A stretch of DNA of 64,000 nt. Origin: Cyanobacteriota bacterium. Lineage in GTDB: Bacteria > Cyanobacteriota > Cyanobacteriia > Thermostichales > Thermostichaceae. Within the stretch, counting starts at the first letter, position 1, and each line of letters begins with the position of its first letter. This document shows positions 1 to 10,134 of the stretch, piece after piece. Both the position numbers and the translations under genes were made by a program. The stretch covers positions 1 to 64,000 of the forward strand of contig JANRIL010000023.1 in the NCBI GenBank assembly GCA_033764955.1, written 5' to 3'. The notes beneath the pieces are model-generated. The model was not told the origin of the DNA. It was given only the letters and a program-made list of their open reading frames with translations, and searched no databases.

Positions 1-249
1 CGGCATATTCAAGCCGCTTTAGAAGCAGGGGCGGATTGTCTGGTCACTCCCTGTCCCCTTTGTCATCTCAACCTCGACTCTCGCCAACCGGAGGTGGAAA
101 AGGTGATCGGACGGCGGTTGGGCTTGCCTGTGCTGCATCTGTCCCAATTGGTAGGCTTGGCTTTAGGGATCCCTGCTGATGCCCTAGGACTGCAACGGCA
201 TGTGGTGGAAACGGGATCCCTGTTGCAGAAACTTCAGAGCTATGACTAA
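1..249 (+). CDS. Heterodisulfide reductase subunit B-like / CCG-domain protein (cyanobacterial SdhE/HdrB type), 3' part only
   Basis: Frame 1 reads RHIQAALEAGADCLVTPCPLCHLNLDSRQPEVE...LPVLHLSQLVGLALG, the C-terminal CCG-domain signature; stop TAA at 247-249; 5' end lies outside the window. Confidence 0.85.
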   Translation, partial: RHIQAALEAGADCLVTPCPLCHLNLDSRQPEVEKVIGRRLGLPVLHLSQLVGLALGIPADALGLQRHVVETGSLLQKLQSYD

Positions 250-370
250 AGAAAGGGGTGGATCCGCTTTCTGTTATTCAGTTTATTCACGATATTAAAC
301 AATTATGATTTTTTTAGAAAGCTACTTGATCGCCAGTAAGCTTAGCTATAACTCGCTTTGCTCAGAAGTA

Positions 371-496
371 CTATAGCAATCCTATAAGAGTTATGAAAGC
401 TAGGATGCCTGAGGGATCCCCCCGTCCTATCGGGCACCCCCCTTAGCAAGAGGGGCTTAGGGGGATCGGTTTTCACAAATCAATTAGGCTTACTAT
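371..496. mobile_element. MITE-like small element with imperfect terminal inverted repeats and a GC-rich internal hairpin
   Basis: ATAGCAATCCTATAAGAGTTATGAAA (373-398) matches the reverse complement of TTTCACAAATCAATTAGGCTTACTAT (471-496) at 19/26 positions; interior GATCCCCCC...CCCCCTTAGCAAGAGGGGCTTAGGGGGATC. Confidence 0.55.
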
Positions 497-802
497 GTAG
501 TCATTCCAGATAGGAATGCGACCACCTAAATCTTGATATCCTAGCTTTGAGAGATTTTGGGATTCTCAAACTAAATTGGAACGACTATAAATTTCAACCC
601 TCTACTACTTGCACCCTATTAACCGGAAAAACATATAGGTGTTGCTTCCTTATTACAGCAAGTTGTGGATCAAAGAAGCAGAGTGACGATGCCAATAATC
701 TCCTCCCATCAATGCCTACCGATTTTGATTTCCTATAACTTCAAAAGCGATAAGTTGTTTTCTTTGGAAAAGTTATTAATCAACGCTCTATCCCCGATCG
801 GA

Positions 803-2584
803 TTATGAGGAGGCGAGAAACAAAGCCTCAATTTCAGTGGCGGCTAAGGGCTTTGAGAACAGATAGCCTTGCCCAAAATCACAACCAATTTGTTGCAACC
901 AAAGCAGTTGATCAGGAGTTTCGATACCTTCCGCAATAACAGTCACATTAAGTTTTTTGCTAAGGCTGACAATAATTTCGACAACGGGGTAGCTACTCCC
1001 TATGTTTTGAAATTGACGAATAAAAGACTGGTCAATTTTAAGACTATCAATTGGAAATTGATGTAAATAGCCCAAAGAGGAGTACCCAGTACCAAAATCA
1101 TCAATGCTAATCTGGATATGGCGCTCACGCAACTGGCGAATGACCTTAATGGCAAGTTCTATGTTATCCATAAGCGAACTTTCTGTAATTTCAATCTTGA
1201 TAGCGGATGAATTAACAGCTGTTGTTTGTAGAATCTGGTCAATATCAGCAACCAAAGTATGACTACTAAATTGCCGAACAGAAAGATTGATACTCATGGT
1301 CAAATCTTGCCAGCCCTCTTGATGCCAAGAGTGTAATTGTTGGCAAGCTCGCTGCATGACGAGTAATCCAACTGGAACAATTAAACCCGTGGTTTCCATG
1401 CAGGGTATAAACTCGGCGGGCGAAACTATCCGACGAGTAGGATGATGCCATCGCACTAGGGCTTCAAATCCGGATAGTTTTTGTGTTTTCAAATGAATAA
1501 TTGGCTGATAATAAATAACAAACTCATCATTATTCACAGCCCGCTGTAAATCACTTTCTAAGGTGAGCCGATTGAGGATAGCGACATGCATCTGCCGATC
1601 GAATATTTGGTAACTATTTTTAGTATTTAACTTGGCTTGATACATGGCTGTATCAGCATCTTGAAGCCATTGTTCTGGTGATTGAGGGGGATAGGATCCC
1701 AAAGCAACCCCGATACAGGCTGTCATAAAAACTTCAAAACTGATCACCTTAAAGGGATCCACGAAAGATTGAAAAATATTGTGGATGAGAGCTTCTAAAG
1801 CGACAACATCCTCAAGCGGATACACCAAAAAGCAAAATTCATCCTCGCCTAAGCGTGCAATGAGATCAGAAGATCGACAATGTGCCTGTAGGCGTTTAGC
1901 AACTTCAATCAATAGTTGATCACCCACAGCATGGCCAAACGAACCATTAATCAATTTAAACTCGTCACAATCTAGACATAGGATAGCAAAGGCGTAATCT
2001 TCATTCACCAAAATAGTCTCTAAGCGCCGTAGCAATTGGGTGCGACTAGCAAGGCTAGTTAAACTATCCTGATCAATCATAATTTGTAATTGTTCGGTTC
2101 GTGCTCTCACCAGATACTCTAGTTGCCTATTAAAGGTTGATAATTCTAGATACTGCTCACGGATTCGCAGCATAGAACGGATGCGTGCCGTCAACTCTAA
2201 GCGGTTAACAGGTTTGGCTATAAAATCATCAGCCCCAGCATTCAAACAATTTGCTAAATCTTCCTTACTGGAAAGGGCGGTCACCATGACAATCGGAACC
2301 CCCTCCCACTCGGGCATTTCTTTAATCAATTGACAGGCTTGGATCCCGTTCATATCCGGCATCATTACATCCATCAGGATTAAATCGGGTTGGTATAAGT
2401 TAAGGGCAGAAAGGGCATTTTTACCACTAGACGCATAATGTAATTTATATAACAGAGACGACTTAGAGGTAGACATTTCAACACTTAATAAAGCCTCAAT
2501 CACATCAAAATTGTCAGGTTCATCATCGACAATTAAAATAGAAAAGATACGGGATGATTTCTCTAGGGGACATGATTCTGCCAT
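803..2584 (-). CDS. Response regulator REC + degenerate GGDEF + EAL (probable c-di-GMP phosphodiesterase)
   Basis: REC ([20 protein letters not shown]); RSSD-x5-GEDEF; EAL domain with [31 protein letters not shown] start taken at 2584. Confidence 0.92.
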   Translation of the reverse strand: MAESCPLEKSSRIFSILIVDDEPDNFDVIEALLSVEMSTSKSSLLYKLHYASSGKNALSALNLYQPDLILMDVMMPDMNGIQACQLIKEMPEWEGVPIVMVTALSSKEDLANCLNAGADDFIAKPVNRLELTARIRSMLRIREQYLELSTFNRQLEYLVRARTEQLQIMIDQDSLTSLASRTQLLRRLETILVNEDYAFAILCLDCDEFKLINGSFGHAVGDQLLIEVAKRLQAHCRSSDLIARLGEDEFCFLVYPLEDVVALEALIHNIFQSFVDPFKVISFEVFMTACIGVALGSYPPQSPEQWLQDADTAMYQAKLNTKNSYQIFDRQMHVAILNRLTLESDLQRAVNNDEFVIYYQPIIHLKTQKLSGFEALVRWHHPTRRIVSPAEFIPCMETTGLIVPVGLLVMQRACQQLHSWHQEGWQDLTMSINLSVRQFSSHTLVADIDQILQTTAVNSSAIKIEITESSLMDNIELAIKVIRQLRERHIQISIDDFGTGYSSLGYLHQFPIDSLKIDQSFIRQFQNIGSSYPVVEIIVSLSKKLNVTVIAEGIETPDQLLWLQQIGCDFGQGYLFSKPLAATEIEALFLASS

Positions 2585-2712
2585 GAGTAAAGCCTCTTGC
2601 AAGCCAATAAGAAAAGGTTAAATTCAAATTGAGATTTTGAGTTAGCCAATAGTTAAGGAAATTATCGAGGTTGATTTTTATGGTTTAGCCTAAACCATAA
2701 AAATATGAAGAA

Positions 2713-3828
2713 TTATACTGGCAAAGTTAATTCAAAAATTGTTCCTGTAGGTTGATTATTTCTAGCCCTAACTTGTCCCTGATGAGCTTCCACAACCATT
2801 TTACAAAATGCTAATCCTAGACCCAATTGTGGAGTATCTTGTATAGGAGTACCAATTTCATACTTTTCAAAGATTTTTTCCTTGAGGTTATCAGGAACTC
2901 CCTTGCCAGAATCTGCTACTGCGATAGTGATGCTATTCTGCTGAGGACGAGTAATGTTAATAGTGATTCTGCCTTTGGTTGGAGAGAATTTAATTGCATT
3001 TGATAATAAATTATCCATTACTCGTCGAAACAGGGAAGCATCCAGTTGAATTAGGTAGCTTGATTCTGGCAAATCACAAATGAATTCAATTTTTTTTTGT
3101 GCTAAAGCTTCCTCAAAATCCAGAACTACCGACCGAACTAAACTACCGAAATCAACTTCGGTTAGATTAAGTTGTAACTTGCCAGATTCCATTTTGGCAG
3201 TCAATAGCAGATCATCAATTAGAGACTGGAGCTGCCGTCCTGATTTTTTTATTCTAGTAACTTTTTCTGCCTGTTGTTCCCTGGTCAAAGGCATCTTCTC
3301 AAGAAGATCTAACCCAAATAATATATTTGTTAATGGATTTCGCAAGTCATGAATGATCATTTGTACAATATCTTCCCGTAGCCTCAGCAAATTCTGTAGA
3401 TTATCGTACTGCTTTTTGATTCGTAGCATAGAGAGCACCCTAGCACCTAATTCAACTCCGTTAATAGGTTTACTAACAAAATCATCGGCACCTGACTGGA
3501 GGCAACGAGCTAAATCATCCTTGGAGTTTAGAGCTGTAACCATGATGATTGGAGTAGGCTGCCACATTGACATAGATTTAATCTGGCGACAAGTTTCAAT
3601 GCCATCCATGTCTGGCATCATGACATCTAGCAGGATCAAATCCGGTTGATAGAATTCTAAGGAGTCAATGGCTTCTCTTCCACTAGCAGCATAATGTAAC
3701 TGATAATGGAAGGGCTTATCAGAGGTGGATATTCTGATGCCTAAAAGTGCCTCAATTACATCAAAGTTAGTTGGGTCATCGTCAATAACCAAGATCGAAA
3801 AAGTGGGGTTCAAAGTTTGGTTGATCAT
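2713..3828 (-). CDS. Hybrid sensor kinase, REC-HisKA-HATPase
   Basis: N-terminal REC (LLDVMMP, FVSKP), H-box IIHDLRNPL, N-box NLLSNAIKF, DSGKG and GLGLAFCK. Confidence 0.92.
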   Translation of the reverse strand: MINQTLNPTFSILVIDDDPTNFDVIEALLGIRISTSDKPFHYQLHYAASGREAIDSLEFYQPDLILLDVMMPDMDGIETCRQIKSMSMWQPTPIIMVTALNSKDDLARCLQSGADDFVSKPINGVELGARVLSMLRIKKQYDNLQNLLRLREDIVQMIIHDLRNPLTNILFGLDLLEKMPLTREQQAEKVTRIKKSGRQLQSLIDDLLLTAKMESGKLQLNLTEVDFGSLVRSVVLDFEEALAQKKIEFICDLPESSYLIQLDASLFRRVMDNLLSNAIKFSPTKGRITINITRPQQNSITIAVADSGKGVPDNLKEKIFEKYEIGTPIQDTPQLGLGLAFCKMVVEAHQGQVRARNNQPTGTIFELTLPV

Positions 3829-3973
3829 GGTTATGCTCAGTTCCTAAATTGGTGGGTTTACGTGATAGATATTAATAGACTGTAATGATTGACCTATCAT
3901 CCTTCACTATGAAGGGGGCAACCAACCATCAAGCTAGAGACTGGTGGACGGAGACTCTTGGGGCACGCGATCT

Positions 3974-6900
3974 TCAGGATCCATTCCTAGCTGCTAATAA
4001 TAACTTTTCCATGGTGACAATTAGCTCCTTCAGCTTGACGGGTTTACTCATATAGCTAGTGGCTCCGGCCTCCATACATCGGTCTTGATCGCCGTACATC
4101 GCTAAAGAAGTTAAAGCAATAATCGGTATTTGACGGTATTGTGGATCTCGTCGAATTTCCCGCATGGCAGCTAACCCATCTACTCCAGGCATTTGAATAT
4201 CCATAAGGATAATGTTGGGATTTTGAGAGCGGGTCAAGTCGATTGCTTCCTGCCCATCCTTTGCCACAATCACTGAATATCCTTTGGCTTTTAGATAACT
4301 GGTCATAGTACTAATATTGGCTTCATTATCTTCAGCCAGTAAGACTAAAGGTGCAGAGGGGGAGAGGAGGGGAAGATCTGTTTCAGAGGGGATTTGAGGA
4401 GACAAGGAGATGGACGGAGAGAGGGATCCCGCAACACAAGGCAAACTGATCATAAAGCAACTGCCTACTCCCGGTTTACTCGCTAGCCCCACTTCGCCAC
4501 CGTGCATCTCCACAATTCGTTTGACTAATGCTAACCCCAGTCCGGTGCCGGAATACTGACGGTTAAGTGCGCTATCCACTTGAATGAAAGGCTGAAATAA
4601 CCTATCCATATCTTCAGGGGTAATACCAATGCCCGTGTCCAAGACGGAGATATAAAGAAACCTGTTGATTTTCTCACTGAGGGGGAGTTTATTCAATTTG
4701 GGATCCTTCTCTGATCGGTAGTTGGTACGGTAATGGAGCCCCTGTAGTTGAAGAGGTACCTGCCATTTGTGCCTAATCTCCACCGTGATCCTACCGCCTT
4801 GCGGAGTAAATTTGATAGCATTGGATAGCAAATTGATTAAAACTTGTCGAACTCGTCGTTCGTCAATCAACAATTCAGGCAGATCACTCGGTAAAGTGGT
4901 CTCAATTTGAATTTGTTTTTGTAGTGCTTGTTGACGGACAAAAGCGATGCTAGCTGCACAAAGGGGGGCAACTGGAGTGGGTTTTGCATCCAATTCAACA
5001 CGACCGGCTTCGATTTTGGAGAGATCAAGAATATCGTTGATCAACTCTAATAGATGGGATCCACTACGCTCAATCGTCTCTAAAGCACGTTGTTGCTCAG
5101 CGCTGATCGAACCGAATACGCCCTCTTGTAAACCTTCAGACATGCCCAAAATGGCGTTAAGAGGGGTACGCAGTTCGTGGCTCATATTCGCCAAGAACTC
5201 ATCTTTGAGACGGGTAGCCCGAGCTAGTTTTTCGTTAGAAATGGCTAATTGTTGATTAGAGGTAGTGAGTTGTTGTTGGGTTTGTGCCCTTTCCCAAAGT
5301 TCCTGCTGCAGTTGCTCGACTAGATTAGCTTGCTGAATAGCGATGGCTAATTGATTGGCTAGTTGCTGAGCAAGATCAATTTCGATGGAGTACCAATGCC
5401 TGACTTGATGACATTGATGAATACAGAGTAATCCCCACAATCTATCGCCACAGATTAGAGGCACGACTAAATTGGCACGTACTTGAATCAGAGCTAAGAC
5501 GTTGGTGTGACACTCCGAAAGTTTATAAATATCATCCATGGCTGCATAACGACCCTGCCGATAAAGGGGTGCATATTCTTGGCCAAAACAGTGATCGTGA
5601 ATGCGAATGGCTAGAGCCGAGGGCAATCCTGTCTCGACAGATTCCGCTACAAATTGTCCGTCATCCCCATTGGACTCAGGATCAAATTTGAAGACTCCTA
5701 CTCGATCTGCCTGCAAAACTCGACGAATTTCTTGGCAAGCAGTGTCAAAAATAGTTTGGAGATCCAGAGATTGGCGGATTCGTTGAGTGACTTCCCGAAG
5801 TAGGGCTTCCCGTTCCGCCCGCTGCTGGCTTTCTTCTTCCTGCCTGACTCGCTCACTGATATCTCTAGCAACGGCAAACACCAGATCACCACTTAAAACA
5901 ACTCGCCATTCTAGCCAGCGGTAGGAGCCATCCCGACAGGTCAAGCGATTGCTGAAACTGGGCGCGCTATGACCAGGCACTAGATTATGACTAAATGTTT
6001 TGTCTACATACTCCAGATGGACATAGCTACTGAAACTGGTGCCCTCCAATTCCGCGATAGAATAACCTAACAGGTTTTCCCATTGCTGATTGATCCGTAC
6101 AATTTGCCCATCGGCTGTGCCAATAAGCATCAAGTCAACAGAGAGAGAAAAGAACCGATCCAGTGCATCAGTTTTGGATTGTAAGGCTAATTCTGCCTTC
6201 TTCCGCTCCGTGATATCGAAGCGAATAGCGAGGTACTTGGAGGGATAGTTCTGAGCATCCAAAAGCGGCACAATGGTGGCTCGTTCCCAATATAAATAGC
6301 CACTCTTAGCTCGATTGCACACTTCTCCCTGCCAAACATCTCCTTGGCTAATGGTTATAAGTAAGTCCTGATAAAAATTTTCCGACTGGATCTCTGATTC
6401 AATCAAGAAGTTGGAACCACCTATCAGCTCATCACGAGAGTAGCCAGTAACCTCGCACATGCGATCATTAACATAGAGAATCACACCGTCTCTATCGGTG
6501 ATTGCCACCGTTGCCGCCCGATCAAGCGCTAGTTTGAAGGCACTTAATTCTTGAATGAGTTCTTGTTTGGCAAATTCAGCCGTTTTTTGTTCAGTAATGT
6601 CTAAAATGGTGCCAATCAGTTTCACAACTCGTCTAGCTTTATCCGTAAAGGGTTCCCCACGAGCCAGAAAATAGCCTAGACTCCCATCGGGTTTATAACA
6701 GGAGAACTCAATCTCATAAGGCTGCTGCTCCTCAATGGCCAAATGGATGACCTGCTGGTGATAAAGACGATCGGCAGGAAGTAACATTTGTTCGAAGGCT
6801 TCTAGGCTGGGGGTTGGCTGGGTCGGGTCATAGTCAAACATACGAAAAACTTCTTCTGACCAGGTGATTTGTCCAGTCAAGAGATCAAACTCCCAACTGC

Positions 6901-9574
6901 CTATTTGTCCAATCCGTTGAGCTGTTCTCAGATGAGCTTCACTCTGCTGCAAGATAAGCTCAGTGTGTTTGCGGTCACTGATGTCTTGGATAACAGCTAA
7001 AAAATTGGCTTGCCCGTGGGCATCAACCAACTGCGAGGTTGTAATTGTAATGGTGCGGGTGGAACCGTCGCGGTGTTGAATCTCCCATTCCTCTGCGAGG
7101 AAGTGCTGACCGCGCTGCATTTCCTCCATCCGCGTGATCGCCTGACGGCGCACTTCTGGATCGGGATAAAGGCTGTGATCCCACCCCAGGCGGTTCATAT
7201 CCTCTTGGCTATACCCCGTAATAACCTGCATTTGTGGGTTCCAGACCGTAAACCTTAGAAAGGGTGGTTCAGGTATGGGGTGACAGACACACAAACCTTC
7301 GGCCATGTTGTCTAAAATTTGCTGACGGAAGTTGTTGTCTTGCTCCATCCTTTTTTCGGCTAATTTACGCTCAGTAATATCGGTCAGCATCGCTAGGGAT
7401 CCGATAAACTGACCAACTTCATCGTATTGAGGTCTGGCGGATACTAGAACAAAGAACGTTGAGCCATCGGAGGGGCGACGAAGGGGCAGTTCGTATTGCT
7501 CTGGGATCCCTTGTTGGCGACATTTTAGGCGCTCTTGTAGGAAGGCGTGGTTTTCTTGGGGGACAAACGCAAAGACGGAGGATCCGACAATCTGCTCAGC
7601 ACTTACCCCCAACATGTTTACTAAAGCTGGGTTACAGAAGATGGTATTTGCCTGAGTATCAATCATCCAGATCCCTTCACTGGCGGTTTCCACAATTTGG
7701 CGATACCGAGCTTCACTTTCTTGCAAAGCCAATTCTGCCTGCTTGCGCTCGGTAATGTTGCGGAAAATAGCACGGGTGGCTACGGGATGTTCCTGACCGG
7801 ATGGATCAACTTCGTAGCGGCAGTTAATGCTGCCCTCCACCAGAATCGGTTGACCTGCCTTGCTAAAGAAGGTAAGTTCCAGATGTTCGAGGGTTTGTAG
7901 CTTTTTGGTGGCCAACTGAATGAGCACTTCACGGCAATGGGCATGACAATTAGGGTGCAAAACATCAAAAACCGTCAAGTTTTCTATCTCGGCGGCGGAA
8001 TAACCCAAAGTTTCTTGCCAAGCGCGATTGACATAATCAAACTTGCCTGTGTCGAGGCGGACACTCTGAATCAAGTCATTCGCATTGTCTAAAAAATCCT
8101 GTAGTTGAGCTTCGCGGTGGTGGAGTTCGCTGGTTCGGTGAGCAATCTGTTCTGTCAAGCTGGCATTGAACTGTTCTAGGGTAAGCTGGGCTTCTTTCAG
8201 ATCAGTGATATCAATAATGGTGCCACAGGAGACAATCGGGATCCCGTTCTCGGCAAACTGGGTCTGGCACTCTTCTTGTACATGCTTCACCCGCCCATCA
8301 GCTAGGACAATCCGATGAGTTATATGGTAGGGTCTCCGATGCTGTAGATGCTCAGCGTAGGCCGCAGTCACCATGGGGAGATCATCGGGATGAACGTGCT
8401 GCCAAAACAGTTGTTGAGAGGGGACAAAAGACCCTTCTTCCTCTTCAAAAATATTGAAGACTTCCCCTGACCAAAAGACGTCACCCGAGCAATGATCTAA
8501 CTCCCAGAAACCCAACTGGGCAATCTGCTGAGCCATCTTCAGGCTATATTCAGCTTTTCGTAGATTGGCCTCCACCTGATGCCGTTCGTCTAATTCCTTT
8601 TGCAGGTGCTGGTGCAAGATAGCTTGTTGCAGAGCCACGGACAGATGTGCCGCCAGCGATTGTAGCAGTTCCACTTCTTCTGGTTGCCAGTGGCGGGGAT
8701 GTTGACTCTCACAAGCACTGATTAACCCCCACAGGTGATCCCCGCAGAGGATGGGTACAAGAATCTTGGCGCGGGTTTGGAGGCGGATTAACAACTCTCG
8801 ATGACAGTCAGACATCGGGGTGGTGTAAATGTCCGGTACGACCCGTACCTTTTCTTGTCGATACTCTTCCAGATAGCTTGCTTGAAAGCAGTTATCGTTA
8901 ATCTCTTCTCCTATGAAGGACAAGGGAGAATGCGTTGATTCTGCTACTACCACCGTGTCCCAGTTTTCCGTAAACTGCCAGATACTAACGCGGTCACATC
9001 CCAAAATCTGCCGCACCCTCTCCACCGTGGTTTCTAAAATATCTTGTAACTTGAGGGAGGCACGAATTTGGGTTACCAATTGAGCCAGAAGGGTTTGCTG
9101 TTCGGCTTGTTTATGGAGGGTAGGGGAATGAAGGGCTTCTAGGAGGGTACTTTGGGTTAGCAGCCCTATCGGACGATCCTGATCATCCACTACAGGGAGA
9201 TGAAGCAGGCCATGTTCCTGGAGGAGCGTGAGGGTTGCCCATGGTTCGGTTAGATCTCCTACCCGTAGGCAGATTGGTAGAGGAGTCATCACCTGCTCAA
9301 TCAAAATCTGATCCAAGGGATCCCCATGGGCGCTCAGGCGTAGCCCATCTTGAGCTGTAAATAGACCAACTAGGCGTTCTTCTCGCAAGATGAAAACACA
9401 GGTGGAGCGTGCTTCTGTGTGAATAATGGCTAGGGGTTGCGGGGATCGGGATCGGTCTGCCGCGATGGTCATTTGGGCAAGAGCCACCTTTACCGTTGTG
9501 TCACCAGAAACAAGCAGAGGATCTGAAATGATCGCTGCTTTGAGTTGAGGATGAATCGGTTGGTGGTCACTCAT
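3974..9574 (-). CDS. Multi-sensor hybrid histidine kinase: CBS pair, DXCF cyanobacteriochrome GAF, multiple PAS, second DXCF GAF, HisKA, HATPase, REC
   Basis: CBS motifs (HLPVVDDQDRPIGLLT); GAF1 DNCF...SDCH; GAF2 DHCF...SECH; repeated PAS/PAC ends (DITERK); FLANMSHELRTPLN; GTGLGL; C-terminal REC (LMDIQMP). Confidence 0.93.
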   Translation of the reverse strand: MSDHQPIHPQLKAAIISDPLLVSGDTTVKVALAQMTIAADRSRSPQPLAIIHTEARSTCVFILREERLVGLFTAQDGLRLSAHGDPLDQILIEQVMTPLPICLRVGDLTEPWATLTLLQEHGLLHLPVVDDQDRPIGLLTQSTLLEALHSPTLHKQAEQQTLLAQLVTQIRASLKLQDILETTVERVRQILGCDRVSIWQFTENWDTVVVAESTHSPLSFIGEEINDNCFQASYLEEYRQEKVRVVPDIYTTPMSDCHRELLIRLQTRAKILVPILCGDHLWGLISACESQHPRHWQPEEVELLQSLAAHLSVALQQAILHQHLQKELDERHQVEANLRKAEYSLKMAQQIAQLGFWELDHCSGDVFWSGEVFNIFEEEEGSFVPSQQLFWQHVHPDDLPMVTAAYAEHLQHRRPYHITHRIVLADGRVKHVQEECQTQFAENGIPIVSCGTIIDITDLKEAQLTLEQFNASLTEQIAHRTSELHHREAQLQDFLDNANDLIQSVRLDTGKFDYVNRAWQETLGYSAAEIENLTVFDVLHPNCHAHCREVLIQLATKKLQTLEHLELTFFSKAGQPILVEGSINCRYEVDPSGQEHPVATRAIFRNITERKQAELALQESEARYRQIVETASEGIWMIDTQANTIFCNPALVNMLGVSAEQIVGSSVFAFVPQENHAFLQERLKCRQQGIPEQYELPLRRPSDGSTFFVLVSARPQYDEVGQFIGSLAMLTDITERKLAEKRMEQDNNFRQQILDNMAEGLCVCHPIPEPPFLRFTVWNPQMQVITGYSQEDMNRLGWDHSLYPDPEVRRQAITRMEEMQRGQHFLAEEWEIQHRDGSTRTITITTSQLVDAHGQANFLAVIQDISDRKHTELILQQSEAHLRTAQRIGQIGSWEFDLLTGQITWSEEVFRMFDYDPTQPTPSLEAFEQMLLPADRLYHQQVIHLAIEEQQPYEIEFSCYKPDGSLGYFLARGEPFTDKARRVVKLIGTILDITEQKTAEFAKQELIQELSAFKLALDRAATVAITDRDGVILYVNDRMCEVTGYSRDELIGGSNFLIESEIQSENFYQDLLITISQGDVWQGEVCNRAKSGYLYWERATIVPLLDAQNYPSKYLAIRFDITERKKAELALQSKTDALDRFFSLSVDLMLIGTADGQIVRINQQWENLLGYSIAELEGTSFSSYVHLEYVDKTFSHNLVPGHSAPSFSNRLTCRDGSYRWLEWRVVLSGDLVFAVARDISERVRQEEESQQRAEREALLREVTQRIRQSLDLQTIFDTACQEIRRVLQADRVGVFKFDPESNGDDGQFVAESVETGLPSALAIRIHDHCFGQEYAPLYRQGRYAAMDDIYKLSECHTNVLALIQVRANLVVPLICGDRLWGLLCIHQCHQVRHWYSIEIDLAQQLANQLAIAIQQANLVEQLQQELWERAQTQQQLTTSNQQLAISNEKLARATRLKDEFLANMSHELRTPLNAILGMSEGLQEGVFGSISAEQQRALETIERSGSHLLELINDILDLSKIEAGRVELDAKPTPVAPLCAASIAFVRQQALQKQIQIETTLPSDLPELLIDERRVRQVLINLLSNAIKFTPQGGRITVEIRHKWQVPLQLQGLHYRTNYRSEKDPKLNKLPLSEKINRFLYISVLDTGIGITPEDMDRLFQPFIQVDSALNRQYSGTGLGLALVKRIVEMHGGEVGLASKPGVGSCFMISLPCVAGSLSPSISLSPQIPSETDLPLLSPSAPLVLLAEDNEANISTMTSYLKAKGYSVIVAKDGQEAIDLTRSQNPNIILMDIQMPGVDGLAAMREIRRDPQYRQIPIIALTSLAMYGDQDRCMEAGATSYMSKPVKLKELIVTMEKLLLAARNGS

Positions 9575-10134
9575 GACACTGGTGTCAGGCAGGGGAATAC
9601 CTGTATATATTGAGGCTTACTTCCACATCCTGGCATTTTTCCATCATGATGTCAGAAAACTTCCCAAAACTCCCTCTGAATAAATGCTCCCTTTGCCCAA
9701 CTATGGGAATGTATCTCCCTTAATGCTTCAAAAATCTTTATCTTTTTCCCTTCATCGGCAGCGGGGAGGACGGGTCAAGATATCCTACCCTTCTTTGGCG
9801 GAGGATTGGTGGCTCATGGCGGAAATCAAAGCGCTAGGAGAGATTTGGGTATCCTATGCAAGTGGGTGCTGCACTATCGATGCCAGCCGTGGAGCAAGCC
9901 GTGATGCAAGAAGTTGAAGCGGATCCCAACTATGGTTCTTCAGCTTCTGGAAGAAGGATAGAGTTTCTCTCACTAGCCTTCTGATCCCTTGTTAAGAGTG
10001 TTACTTAATTGTTGATATAGTAAGAGTTTATTCACTAACGATATATCCGGCCTAAGAAGCTAGAAAATCGCGTTGCAATAATCTTAAATTTCCTTCGTCA
10101 CCATAATAAGTTATTCCCTACTTAGAGCTACCAA

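Noticed and set aside
547..738. 63-aa ORF, and the many other short ORFs overlapping assigned genes
   Set aside because: No RBS or motif support; they lie in AT-rich gaps or are alternative-frame and antisense shadows
9684..9985. Short ORFs upstream of the hybrid kinase
   Set aside because: No recognisable family; cannot be distinguished from promoter or intergenic sequence
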